Source of the DNA: Synechococcus sp.
Lineage (GTDB): Bacteria; Cyanobacteriota; Cyanobacteriia; Thermostichales; PCC-7336
Direction: 5' to 3'
DNA: 64,000 bases
NCBI GenBank assembly: GCA_051439425.1
Contig: JBFRWD010000178.1
Coordinates: 1-64,000, forward strand
Part shown: one piece after another, positions 52,140 to 62,378 of the stretch
Layout of the letters: each line of letters starts with the position of its first letter
How positions within the stretch are numbered: position 1 is the first letter of the stretch
Program-made: the position numbers and the translations under genes
Notes under the pieces: model-generated
Seen by the model: the letters and a program-made list of their open reading frames with translations, nothing else
What the model was told of the DNA's origin: nothing
The model's database searches: none

Positions 52140-54101
52140 ATGAGTGCAACTGTCGATTCCAGCGCTATCGAATCCATCCTGCAGGAAGACCGGAGCTTCG
52201 ACCCTCCTGCAAACTTCGTTGCCTCCACGCGGGTCAACTCCCAGCAGTATCAAGACATGGTGGCAGCCGCCAAAGCTGACCCTGCAAAATTTTGGGGGGA
52301 GTTAGCCAACTCCGAACTGGACTGGTTCGAGCCCTGGAAACAGGCCCTCGACTGGCAGCTTCCCTTCGCCAAATGGTTCGTCGGAGGCAAACTCAACCTC
52401 TCCTACAACTGCCTCGATCGCCATCTCACCACCCATCGTCGCAATAAAGCCGCCATTATCTGGGAAGGCGAACCCGGCGATTCTCGTACCATTACATACG
52501 CCCAACTGCATCGCGAAGTCTGTCAGTTTGCCAATGCCCTCAAGTCTTTGGGCGTCACCAAAGGCGACCGGATCGGAATCTACATGCCGATGATTCCCGA
52601 AGCAGCGATCGCAATGCTGGCCTGTGCCCGCATTGGAGCACCCCACTCCATCGTGTTTGGTGGATTTAGTGCAGAAGCTTTGCGAGATCGCCTCAACGAT
52701 GCCGAAGCCAAAGTAGTGATTACTGCCGATGGTGGCTTTCGCAAAGACAAGATTGTGTCTTTAAAGCCCCAAGTGGACGCGGCGATCGCCGACGGACAAG
52801 CCCCATCCGTTCAACACGTCTTGGTAGTACAGCGCACCCAGCACGACGTCGACATGCAAGCGGGCCGAGATGTGTGGTGGCACGAGCTGCAGCCCACCAT
52901 GAGTGCCGATTGCCCTGCCGAGCCCATGGATAGCGAGGATCTGCTGTTCATCCTCTACACCTCCGGCACCACCGGCAAACCTAAAGGGGTGGTTCACACC
53001 ACGGGCGGCTACAGCCTCTACACCCACATGACCACCCAATGGGTGTTCGATCTCAAAGAAACCGATGTCTATTGGTGCACCGCCGACGTTGGCTGGATTA
53101 CCGGCCACAGCTACATTGTTTACGGCCCGCTTTCTAATGGTGCGACCACAGTCATGTTTGAGGGAGCCCCTCGCCCCTCCAAGCCGGGAGCGCTCTGGGA
53201 AGTGGTGGAAAAATACGGCGTCAATATTTTCTACACTGCTCCAACTGCCATTCGCGCCTTTATCAAAGCCGGGGAAGAGATTCCCAATCAGTACGACCTA
53301 TCCTCTCTGCGCCTGTTGGGTACAGTCGGCGAACCGATTAATCCCGACGTTTGGATGTGGTATCGCCGGGTAATTGGGGGCGATCGTTGTCCAATCGTCG
53401 ATACTTGGTGGCAAACGGAAACTGGCGGTATCACCATTACCTCTCTCCCCGGGGCCGTTCCCTCCAAACCCGGAGCGGCTGGGTTACCCTTACCAGGGAT
53501 TCAAGCGGATGTTGTCACTCTTGATGGCAACTCCGTTCCGGCCAGTCAGGGAGGATTTTTGATCGTTAAGCAACCCTGGCCCGGAATGCTGCGCAATGTC
53601 TATGGAGATCCAGAGCGATTCCGCAGAACGTATTTCGGCGATGTTGAAGGGGCTTACTTTGCTGGGGATGGCGCTCGTAAGGATGCGGATGGATATTTCT
53701 GGGTCATGGGTCGGGTCGATGATGTCATTAACGTCTCCGGACACAGGCTGGGGACGATGGAGGTTGAATCAGCGCTGGTCTCCCATCCCGTTGTTGCTGA
53801 AGCTGCGGTGGTGGGCCGTCCCGATGACTTGAAAGGACAAGCAATCGCGGCCTTTGTCACACTCGAAGGAACTCAAACCGGCTCCGAAACAACGATCACC
53901 GAACTGAAACAGCACGTAGTCAAAGAAATCGGGGCGATCGCCCGACCGGACGACATTCACTTTACCGATGCCCTGCCAAAGACGCGATCGGGCAAAATCA
54001 TGCGGCGATTACTACGAAACTTGGCCGCTGGAGAGGACATTGCAGGGGACACATCCACGCTGGAAGATCGCTCGGTGCTTGAAAAATTGCGACTCTCTTA
54101 G
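52140..54101 (+). CDS. acs: Acetyl-CoA synthetase (AMP-forming)
   Basis: [46 protein letters not shown]. Confidence 0.98.
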   Translation: MSATVDSSAIESILQEDRSFDPPANFVASTRVNSQQYQDMVAAAKADPAKFWGELANSELDWFEPWKQALDWQLPFAKWFVGGKLNLSYNCLDRHLTTHRRNKAAIIWEGEPGDSRTITYAQLHREVCQFANALKSLGVTKGDRIGIYMPMIPEAAIAMLACARIGAPHSIVFGGFSAEALRDRLNDAEAKVVITADGGFRKDKIVSLKPQVDAAIADGQAPSVQHVLVVQRTQHDVDMQAGRDVWWHELQPTMSADCPAEPMDSEDLLFILYTSGTTGKPKGVVHTTGGYSLYTHMTTQWVFDLKETDVYWCTADVGWITGHSYIVYGPLSNGATTVMFEGAPRPSKPGALWEVVEKYGVNIFYTAPTAIRAFIKAGEEIPNQYDLSSLRLLGTVGEPINPDVWMWYRRVIGGDRCPIVDTWWQTETGGITITSLPGAVPSKPGAAGLPLPGIQADVVTLDGNSVPASQGGFLIVKQPWPGMLRNVYGDPERFRRTYFGDVEGAYFAGDGARKDADGYFWVMGRVDDVINVSGHRLGTMEVESALVSHPVVAEAAVVGRPDDLKGQAIAAFVTLEGTQTGSETTITELKQHVVKEIGAIARPDDIHFTDALPKTRSGKIMRRLLRNLAAGEDIAGDTSTLEDRSVLEKLRLS

Positions 54102-54355
54102 GTATAAGTAACTAAACGTTAAGCTGTAGTCGCAGCTCTAAAGATACTCTGTACTTCGTATCCATAGCTTTCAGGCTAGAGGGTCGGAGCCTAGGGATTC
54201 TCTGAAGGGCGCAGCCTCTACAGCAACAAAGTGCTAGAAAAAGCAATGTTGCAACGGTAACTGACTTTAGGGTCACCCCAAGTTAGTTTGTGTAGCCGGC
54301 ACCGATAAATTGCCGTTTTTGACGACCAGTAACTGTCCAGGAGAGCACCGAACAG

Positions 54356-55252
54356 ATGGCCGACACCATTGTTGTAGATAAGAAATCCCTTCAGGTAAAT
54401 AAGTACCGTCCTAAAGCTCCCTTTGTAGCGAAAACCCTAGAGAACTATCCCATTGTCAAGGATGGTGCTCCTGGAGATACTCGCCACATTGTCATCGACC
54501 TTGAAGGCAGCGGCATCGAATACGTTGAAGGTCAAAGTATTGGCGTGGTTCCTCCCGGCACCACTGAAGACGGCAAGCCCCACAAGCTCCGTCTCTACTC
54601 CATCGCATCCAGCCGCTATGGTGACGATGGCGGTCGTAAAACCGTATCCTTTAGCATTAAGCGTCTGGTATACAACCACCCCGAAACTGGTGAGGAAGTG
54701 AAGGGTGTATGCTCTAACTTCTTGTGCGACCTCAACCCTGGCGACGAGGTTATGTTGACGGGTCCCGTTGGCAAGAGCTTCCTACTGCCAAACGACTTAG
54801 ACGCCACTATTGTTCTGATCGCTACCGGTACAGGTATCGCCCCCTTCCGCGCATTTATCCGTCACCTGCTGGACGAGCGGAATGACTTCAAAGGCAAGAT
54901 TTGGTTATTCTTCGGCGTACCCACCAGCTCAGCCATCCTCTATCACGAGGATTTGGAGGACTACGCTGCTCGCTTCCCTGACAATTTCAAGATTGACTAC
55001 GCCATCAGCCGCGAGCAAAAAACCGAAGATGGCAAGAAGATGTACGTCCAAAATCGGATGGCCGACTACACCGATGAACTGTGGGAGCTGTTGAAGAAAG
55101 ACAATACCTACACTTACATCTGCGGCCTCAAAGGCATGGAAGATGGCATCAACGAAATTATGTCTCCCAAGGCAGAAGCTGAGGGCAAAGAATGGGTTAA
55201 CGTTCAGCGTGCGCTGAAAAAATCCCACAACTGGCACGAAGAAACCTACTAA
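54356..55252 (+). CDS. petH: Ferredoxin-NADP+ reductase, short form without CpcD-like domain
   Basis: RLYSIASSRYGD, GVCSNFLC, ATGTGIAPFR, YICGLKGM, terminal EETY. In-frame TGA at 54320-54322 blocks N-terminal extension. Confidence 0.96.
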   Translation: MADTIVVDKKSLQVNKYRPKAPFVAKTLENYPIVKDGAPGDTRHIVIDLEGSGIEYVEGQSIGVVPPGTTEDGKPHKLRLYSIASSRYGDDGGRKTVSFSIKRLVYNHPETGEEVKGVCSNFLCDLNPGDEVMLTGPVGKSFLLPNDLDATIVLIATGTGIAPFRAFIRHLLDERNDFKGKIWLFFGVPTSSAILYHEDLEDYAARFPDNFKIDYAISREQKTEDGKKMYVQNRMADYTDELWELLKKDNTYTYICGLKGMEDGINEIMSPKAEAEGKEWVNVQRALKKSHNWHEETY

Positions 55253-55278
55253 GTCTCCCGACTGCCTTAATTACAGTT

Positions 55279-55310
55279 AAACCAGCCTCGAATTGTAGGC
55301 TGGTTTTTTT
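55279..55310 (+). terminator. Rho-independent terminator of petH
   Basis: AAACCAGCCT-cgaattgt-AGGCTGGTTT followed by a T run. Confidence 0.85.
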
Positions 55311-55506
55311 ATTCGCATTCGCCCCCCTCCTGTCAGAGGGCTCAAACAGTTGCCTCACTCCCATTACCAAATGACGTTAAGTCACCTCCAAAAGAGCCGG
55401 AGAGTAAGTTAGGTTTTGTCTCAACTAGGAGAGGCACACGCAACGATCGTTCCATTCCCTCGGCTCAGCAACTTCTCAGCTTTTTTCTTAAAGTGGCGGC
55501 TAGGGT

Positions 55507-56669
55507 ATGACTATCCCAATTCTTTGCGCAGCTGTGGCAACCCGTACCTTAACTCCCGAGATCGCTCCGTCAGTTTCCCTCAGTCGCCCCCTTCCGCCCC
55601 TCGATCGCCTGCATATCGAAGTCACAAATGTCTGCAACTTTAAATGCGAGTTTTGCCCCGACGCCATCATGGAACGCAAGCGGGGGCATATCGATTTAAA
55701 GCTCCTAGAGGGGCTTCTGGATGAAATTGCCGAGACGGGATTGGCGCGGATTATTACCTTTCATCTGATGGGAGAACCACTGATATATCCCCACATTTTT
55801 GAAGCGATCGCCCTGGCCGTAGAACGTAATCTAGAGTTGCATCTGACCACTAACGGCAGTACCTTCGCCATCCGCCCGGGGCACATCGAACAGTTGGTGG
55901 CATCCGGTATCCCCAAAGTCACAATTTCACTGCAAACGCCAGATACAAAAACCTTCAGTATTCGGGGCGCTCCCCCACGCCTCTCGCCCGAGCACTATTT
56001 CTCAGGCATTACCCAATACGTACAAGCAAACTTAACAGCCACAGATTCCCCCACCCGAATCAACATCAAATTCCTCGACTCCACCCCCCATCCTTTCCTC
56101 GTTCCTCACAAACCGCTCAAAATTGTAGAAGGGCGAGAGCAGATGCAAGCGGAGCTGAATCGCTGGGCCGATATTCTCTTCGAGGGTTACCCCCACCCCC
56201 CAATCGCCAGTGGATGGCTCAACAGATTTCCAAGCACAAACCTGGCCGGTGGCAAGTGGTCGACCTGCACCCCAAACTGGGTCTAGAAACGTTTCCGCTG
56301 GATAGTTGGGGCAATGTCGAACTAGGGGCCGATGTCGTTCCCGCCAAGTTCGGCACCTGCAATGGTGCTTCTCGACAAGCAGGGGTGTTGTACGACGGAA
56401 CTGTAGTGCCCTGCTGCAAAGACTATGAAGGTTTGATTCCCCTTGGAAACGTCAACGAGTGCTCGCTGCAAGAGATTTTGGGCGATCGGCCCGCCTGCGC
56501 CCTACGATCCGATTTCAATCACCTCAAAATTAGCAATCCCGTCTGCCAGCGCTGCATCGGAGCCGACACCCCTCCAAAAGCCATCGCTCGCCAAATAGCC
56601 TCGATCGCCTACTTCAAGCTCTACTCCCCCCTAATGCGCAAACTCCACCCCAACTGGGGCGACGTTTAG
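55507..56669 (+). pseudogene. Radical SAM/SPASM-domain protein split by a frameshift (real or sequencing error)
   Basis: CNFKCEFC (CxxxCxxC) in 55507-56286; SPASM-like C..GVLYDGTVVPCC.D..LGNV..C..C in 56214-56669. Frames join if one C is added in the runs at 56190-56201. Confidence 0.8.
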
Positions 56670-56683
56670 GCAAATGCATCAAA

Positions 56684-56845
56684 ACTAAATGACTAATGGC
56701 CCGGATTTGTCTTTGGTCCTTTGTCTTTGGTCCTTTGTCCTTTGTCCTTGGTCTTTGGTCCTTGGTCCTTGGTCCTTGGTCCTGTATCACCACTAATGAC
56801 TAATGACTAATGACCCATGACGAATGACCAATCCCCCATCCCCCC
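56684..56845. repeat. Heptamer short tandemly repeated repetitive (STRR-like) arrays
   Basis: About 11 units of TT(T/G)GTC(C/T) at 56706-56783, flanked by TGAC(T/C/G)AA-type units in the opposite orientation (56689-56697, 56792-56832). Confidence 0.9.
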
Positions 56846-56927
56846 GAACCCAAATATGCGCAAACCTGAATCCTCCTCCTCAATCCCATCTGCTACAACA
56901 AACCTGTAAAAGCCAATCCCTTTCACC

Positions 56928-58010
56928 ATGAAACGGCTTCGTTCCTTCACCTCTCTATTCGCTCTGGCGATCGCCTTCGCCCCCACAAGTGTTCTCAACC
57001 GCCTTGCCATCGCCAATACCTTTCTCTCGGGCGACGTAGACGGTAATGGCCAAGTCAATACTGCTGATTTGGAACTGCTGTCAGATTATCTTGCCGGAAC
57101 CATCACCTTAGTGGACGATCAGATTGCAGCAGCCGATGTAGACCAAGACGGAGTCATCACCCAAGCGGACTACACCCAATTGTCCAGCAGTATCCAAGCA
57201 GCCTCTCCTCGCATTAACTCTGAAGTTCAGTTGAATTCTGCCTATTCCGGTCAGGTGATCGATCGCGCCACAGGCGACCCCTTGGCCAACGTAGCGGTGG
57301 ATATTCCCGGTGCAGGGGTGTCCGTTCGCACCGACAGTCAGGGACGCTTCACACTGCCCGAAAACGTTCCGTCAGACGAAATCCTGACCGCCAAGCTAGA
57401 AGACTACACCCCCTTTTCTCAAACCACCTCCGGTGACGGTGAACCATTACGCGTTGAATTGGATCGGTTAAACGAAAACACTACGCACGTCTTGCAGACT
57501 GATGTCGTGCATTTAGGGGACGATCAATATTCGGAACAATCGGCCGGAGCGCAAGATTTTCGATTGAGAGCGCAGGGACGGGAAATGGTGCGCCAATTTC
57601 GTTTGGAACGCATTCCTTCCCAGCCCGCCGAATTGGTGATTGGTTCCCTGATTGGGCTGGATACCGCCGAAGCTGTGCAGGCCGGTCAGTCCGGTATTGC
57701 CACTGCCGACATGTCCCCGATGGAGATCGAACTCAACGGTCAAACGATTCACACCATCAGCGTGGCTGCTGATAATATTCGCATTCCGCTATTCCCCAGC
57801 GATCTGCGACCGGGTCAAAATACAGTCGTGATCCGCACGGGAAAAGTCAGTCAGGTGGTTTCCACGCAGCGGCGTGGCCCATCCATCGCCATTCCCTTTT
57901 TTGGGGGTAGCATGCGCACGCGATTACCCGTCGGTCAACGACTTAACGGCATTCCTCTGACCGATCACGATGATGTGGAGTTAGCCAACGTCCGAGTAGA
58001 AGTTCCTTAA
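56928..58010 (+). CDS. Secreted protein: dockerin-like Ca-binding repeat pair + carboxypeptidase-regulatory-like beta-sandwich + C-terminal beta domain
   Basis: Signal peptide; GDVDGNGQVNTADL and ADVDQDGVITQADY; GQVIDRATGDPLANVAV...TDSQGRFTL. Confidence 0.78.
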   Translation: MKRLRSFTSLFALAIAFAPTSVLNRLAIANTFLSGDVDGNGQVNTADLELLSDYLAGTITLVDDQIAAADVDQDGVITQADYTQLSSSIQAASPRINSEVQLNSAYSGQVIDRATGDPLANVAVDIPGAGVSVRTDSQGRFTLPENVPSDEILTAKLEDYTPFSQTTSGDGEPLRVELDRLNENTTHVLQTDVVHLGDDQYSEQSAGAQDFRLRAQGREMVRQFRLERIPSQPAELVIGSLIGLDTAEAVQAGQSGIATADMSPMEIELNGQTIHTISVAADNIRIPLFPSDLRPGQNTVVIRTGKVSQVVSTQRRGPSIAIPFFGGSMRTRLPVGQRLNGIPLTDHDDVELANVRVEVP

Positions 58011-58198
58011 CTCTGGAGAATGAGAGTAGCGCTTTCTCGAATGAAACATAACCTAGGGGGAATCTAGACAGTAACAACCTCTAGTGGGCTGCAATACGGG
58101 CGAGAGTAACAATTCTGCAAATCTGTCAGTATGCGATGGTGGGAAACGGAGATATTATTGCTGCCTAGGGTGAATTAGGCTTGACGGAGACGACGCCA

Positions 58199-58768
58199 AT
58201 GGCCACCTCCACAGTCGAAATTTTGGACTCGGCAGAGGTTCGTCGCACGTTGACTCGACTGGCCTCAGAAATTATCGAACATCACCCCGATCTGGCTCAA
58301 GTTGTCTTGCTGGGCATTCGGACTCGCGGTGTGCCATTGGCTCATCGATTAGCCGGACAAATTCAACGATTGGAAGCCAGCCAGCGTGGAGCTGATTTCA
58401 GCGAAATGAACGTGGCGGTCGGAGCGTTAGATATTACATTCTACAGAGACGATTTGGAACGGCTGCATATGCGCACGCCCGATCCCAGCGACTTGCCTTG
58501 TGACATCACCAATCGCCAGGTGATTTTAGTTGATGATGTCATCTACAGCGGGCGCACTATCAGAGCCGCATTGGAAGCAATTAACGGATTTGGCCGCCCA
58601 CAGTTTGTTCGTCTGGCAGTCTTGATCGATCGCGGCCATCGAGATTTACCCATTCATCCAGACTACGTTGGCAAAGCATTGCCCACTGCTAAATCGGAAA
58701 GTGTCAGAGTCAATGTGGCAGAGCTGGATGGCGAGGATCGCGTCTTTTTGCAGCGGGCAACGGATTGA
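58199..58768 (+). CDS. pyrR: PyrR bifunctional regulator/uracil phosphoribosyltransferase
   Basis: [52 protein letters not shown]. Confidence 0.96.
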   Translation: MATSTVEILDSAEVRRTLTRLASEIIEHHPDLAQVVLLGIRTRGVPLAHRLAGQIQRLEASQRGADFSEMNVAVGALDITFYRDDLERLHMRTPDPSDLPCDITNRQVILVDDVIYSGRTIRAALEAINGFGRPQFVRLAVLIDRGHRDLPIHPDYVGKALPTAKSESVRVNVAELDGEDRVFLQRATD

Positions 58769-58846
58769 GTCATCTGACAGACAAGCGACTCTCTATCTCC
58801 AGTTCCCGACTATGGTGATGGTTAAGATTGCTAGTTGATTTGCTCT

Positions 58847-59962
58847 ATGAGAAATCGTCCAATCGCCTTTTCCCTGTCCAGTTTACTGACGATATTCGTC
58901 GCCATCGTCAGCTTTCTGCTGCTATGGCAATTACGGGGGGTTCTGGTATTGCTAATGGTGGCCATCGTCCTAGCCACCTCTATTTCTCCTGTGGTGGATT
59001 ACGCCGAGCGATTTTGGATACCTCGTTGGCTGTCAGCGTTTTTGTTTTACGCGATCGCGCTCGCTGGGTTGGTTGGAGTTATTCTCCTGATTGGTCCCAC
59101 AGTGTTCGAGCAATTGCAGCGCCTCATTCGTCAGGTGCCCATTGTGACCGAAAAGCTGGTGGGCTTTACCGAAGAAAAACTAACTCCCGATGAATCTGCC
59201 GCTCTTCAAGATCTAGTAGGGCAACTGTTCGACCTGCAGACACTGACGCGCTGGACGATTCAAACCGGACAGGAATTGCTGCTGCGTTCTTACAGCATCA
59301 CTCGCGGTATCGTCGGAGCCGCCCTCAGTCTGATTCTGGCGTTGTTCTTCTCAGGCTACATGCTTGCGGATAGCGATCGCCTGGTGCGCGGATTGTCGAT
59401 TCTACTACCCGAACCGTGGGACAGTCGTCTGCAGGCGCAGATGGGACAGGTAGGGTACCGCATGGGAACTTACCTGCGGGGGCGATTGCTGGTGTCAATT
59501 GTGCTGGCGACTGTGACCTCTCTGGGCCTAAGCTTGCTGGGTTTAGCCGAATACTCGCTGGCATTGGGGGCCATTGCCGGATTTACCAACCTCATACCGT
59601 TTATTGGTCCAATTCTGGGGGCGGTTCCGGCGCTCGTGGTGGCGATCGCACAAGGAGGATGGCTAGTTCTCTGGGTGCTGGTCTTCTACATCATCTTGCA
59701 GAATTTGGAGACCTATCTTCTCGATCCCCTCTTGGTGGGCTCTGCCGTTGGCGTCCATCCCCTCTACCAATTGCTATCGGTGATTGCGGGTGTGCAACTA
59801 CTCGGAATTTTGGGAGCTGTGATTGTGCCCCCATGGTTTGCAGGTACGTCGGTATTAATCGACAATCTCTACTTGCAACCCAAACTGGAAGCTGCCCAAT
59901 TGCGCAAACAGCAGCAAGTAAGCACTGAGATTGTCCAAGAAGTGGTTGATGTAAATGCGTAG
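58847..59962 (+). CDS. AI-2E family transporter
   Basis: Multi-TM; YLRGRL, NLIPFIGP, LQNLETYLLDPLLVG.AVGVHP. Confidence 0.9.
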   Translation: MRNRPIAFSLSSLLTIFVAIVSFLLLWQLRGVLVLLMVAIVLATSISPVVDYAERFWIPRWLSAFLFYAIALAGLVGVILLIGPTVFEQLQRLIRQVPIVTEKLVGFTEEKLTPDESAALQDLVGQLFDLQTLTRWTIQTGQELLLRSYSITRGIVGAALSLILALFFSGYMLADSDRLVRGLSILLPEPWDSRLQAQMGQVGYRMGTYLRGRLLVSIVLATVTSLGLSLLGLAEYSLALGAIAGFTNLIPFIGPILGAVPALVVAIAQGGWLVLWVLVFYIILQNLETYLLDPLLVGSAVGVHPLYQLLSVIAGVQLLGILGAVIVPPWFAGTSVLIDNLYLQPKLEAAQLRKQQQVSTEIVQEVVDVNA

Positions 59963-60025
59963 AATGCCAGAGCGTTCTTCGCGAACGTTGGAAAATAAGA
60001 CTCACGGCCCCACGAAAACCCTGGC

Positions 60026-60919
60026 CTAGAATGCATTATTAAGCTCTTGCAATTGGCTATCAGCCCTAGCTTGATTGAGGGCATCCCGCACTGCGCGTTC
60101 TCCTAACAGTACTTGCACATCCCGAATCAGCTCTTCCCCCCACAAGTTATCTCTCAACGTTTGAATATCGCCGTAGGTGAAATCGAGCTGGATAGCTTGT
60201 ATGCCTAACTCAGTCGCTTGCTCTGTTTCTCCCAAAACGTAAAGCGCTGTAGCAAGCGCCAAAACGGGTTCAGCGGCTGTGTCGTCTAAGGCAATACTGG
60301 CTTCAAACTTCGGAATCGATTCCTCTACATTGCCAATTTGATATTCGAGCAAGCCAATGTTGTTGATAGCAGGCCAAAACTCTTCATCGATTTCAAGGGC
60401 TGTCTCGTACGCCGATCGCGCTTTATCAAAGTTTTCTAGTAGCAGGTGCGTGTTGCCCAAATCAAACAGCCCTTGCAAGCTTTCAGGCTCGATTTCAAGG
60501 CCCTTTTCAAGCGCTTCCAGAGCCGCAAAATAACTTCCTTGTCTGACATATGCAGACCCCAAAGACAGCAACAAATCGGGACTGTCTGGAGCCAGGGGTC
60601 TCGCTCGGTTGAGAGTGGCAACAGCTCGATCGAAATCGTTATCTTGCAGGTACAACCGTCCCAACACCGTCAGAATATCGGCATTGTTGGGAGCCAATTG
60701 AGAGGCCAGTTGAATACGCGCTAAGGCAGCCTCTGTCTGGCCAAACTGAGCTAACCGTAAGGCATCACCCGCCAGTTGCAACCCTTGCTGTTCCATCAAC
60801 GCACTGTTGGGCACTAGCGGTCGGTGCAACACTTGAGCGCTCGCTGCCGGATGGAGAAATGCCATCCCTAACGCAACCAGACTGGCGGCTACGGCAGGCT
60901 TAATAAAGCGACAATTCAT
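60026..60919 (-). CDS. Exported tetratricopeptide repeat protein
   Basis: Signal peptide ending ASA; several TPR units (LGRLY..A..L..A..LAP); FWPAINNIGL. Confidence 0.88.
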   Translation of the reverse strand: MNCRFIKPAVAASLVALGMAFLHPAASAQVLHRPLVPNSALMEQQGLQLAGDALRLAQFGQTEAALARIQLASQLAPNNADILTVLGRLYLQDNDFDRAVATLNRARPLAPDSPDLLLSLGSAYVRQGSYFAALEALEKGLEIEPESLQGLFDLGNTHLLLENFDKARSAYETALEIDEEFWPAINNIGLLEYQIGNVEESIPKFEASIALDDTAAEPVLALATALYVLGETEQATELGIQAIQLDFTYGDIQTLRDNLWGEELIRDVQVLLGERAVRDALNQARADSQLQELNNAF

Positions 60920-61155
60920 GCAGGTGACCTCAACAGGAGAAAAGTTGCAAGACTCGTGGAGCAAAAGCGTAAACGGGTAACCGGATGCCGTCGCGCAGAA
61001 AGTTTGCGTTTAACTTCATTTAGCTTGTAGCAACCGCAGTGCTCGGACAAATGCTGCAATCGTTTGCACCTATCCTAAGCGATCGCTACAATTGGCCAAC
61101 TTGGCAAGCGCATCTGATGCAGCTACAAGGCGCCAATACCCTCAGCAAATGAGAC

Positions 61156-62196
61156 CTAGCGGCGAACACGCTCCCACACAAAGCTAACCCTAACGGTATC
61201 CCAATTTGTTTCGGTCTTCAGCACTTGGGCGCGGGCGCTTTCACCGGCTGGGACGTCGTTGGGTTCAAACGCCACCGTGCGAGTATCTATCACCTGATTG
61301 TTTGATAAAAACTCAAACCTGGCCTGGGCGGCAATCGCAGTTTGTCCCCCATTGTTGACTGCGTTAACCGTTATTTGACTGCCGCCGGCAGGCGCCACCT
61401 GCTCTCCAATGTCTCCCACAATTTCTAGGGCTGCAGGCGTGTCCCCATCAACAGCGGCTTGAGAATTGGGGGTTGGTGCCGGTCCGGGAGAGGAAGACGT
61501 TTCCAGTCCCGAGTTAGGGGAGGAGTTAGCTTCAGCCACTGGAGTCGGCTCGGGTGCCGGTTCGGGTGCCGGCGCGAGGGAAGGCTCGGAGTTAGGGACC
61601 GGTGAGGCAGACGCCGCCGTATCTGGATCGTCTGTATTGGAGGTTCCGGGTTGATTGGTGTAGAAAGCGACGGCTTTTGCGACTTCTTCTTGAAACAGTA
61701 AATAGACATCACGGGAGCGATCGCCCACTCTGGCTAACGCCAAGCGATCGGCGTCTGTGGTGGGAATTTCCAGCCGTTGGCCGTCAACGCTCAATACGAG
61801 AGCTTGAACCTGCTGGTTGATCAAGCGATCGAGGAAGGGGAATAGAGGAATGGTACAGGCTTGGTCGAGGCTACCGATGGTGAGTGTGTTGCCATCGGTT
61901 AGGCTAAACGACGCAAGACCGCAGGATTGAGCCCCTTCAACTTCAAGTGGAACGCTAAGTTGACTGCGGTTGCTATTGGTCACAGAAATGGTGTACTGAC
62001 CTTCCGTGTGGGTCCAGCCGTGGACTTCATCAACGACCGAGCTGGTGGTTTCCTCAACAAAGTACTCCCCAGCATTTAGTTGGGGGGGGAGCGAGGCGAT
62101 CGTTATCATCAACCCCGTTCCGGTCAACCCTACCGCGCAGCCCCTCACCGCCAGGCATCTCAGCAGCTTTCTTTGTTTTGCAATCCCCACAATCAC
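61156..62196 (-). CDS. Hypothetical exported protein with Pro-rich linker and C-terminal Ig-like (FxLYD-like) domain
   Basis: N-terminal hydrophobic segment, PAPEPAPEPTP linker, AVNNGG..QARFEFL..VIDT..PNDVPAGES. Confidence 0.65.
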   Translation of the reverse strand: MIVGIAKQRKLLRCLAVRGCAVGLTGTGLMITIASLPPQLNAGEYFVEETTSSVVDEVHGWTHTEGQYTISVTNSNRSQLSVPLEVEGAQSCGLASFSLTDGNTLTIGSLDQACTIPLFPFLDRLINQQVQALVLSVDGQRLEIPTTDADRLALARVGDRSRDVYLLFQEEVAKAVAFYTNQPGTSNTDDPDTAASASPVPNSEPSLAPAPEPAPEPTPVAEANSSPNSGLETSSSPGPAPTPNSQAAVDGDTPAALEIVGDIGEQVAPAGGSQITVNAVNNGGQTAIAAQARFEFLSNNQVIDTRTVAFEPNDVPAGESARAQVLKTETNWDTVRVSFVWERVRR

Positions 62197-62378
62197 CCGG
62201 TGCCCATCACAACATTGCTAAATGCCCGCAGCCAAACTGGTGTTTGATAGGCTATCTAGCGTTTCGGATCAGTTTTACCTTAGCGAATGCCTTTGTGTTG
62301 CTAGCGATCGCGGAAATTTCACTTCTCTAAACCGACAATTGTGTTTATCTGTTCGGTTGTTTAACCCCCAGGTGTCTG

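Noticed and set aside
54160..54225. Possible fifth family B repeat (reverse strand CTCCGACCCTCTAGCC)
   Set aside because: Only a short internal similarity; terminal motifs not found.
56706..56783. Possible CRISPR array
   Set aside because: 7-bp tandem units with no unique spacers, and no cas genes in the window.
62197..62378. Cobalamin riboswitch before cbiD-cobO
   Set aside because: No B12-box or conserved core recognised.
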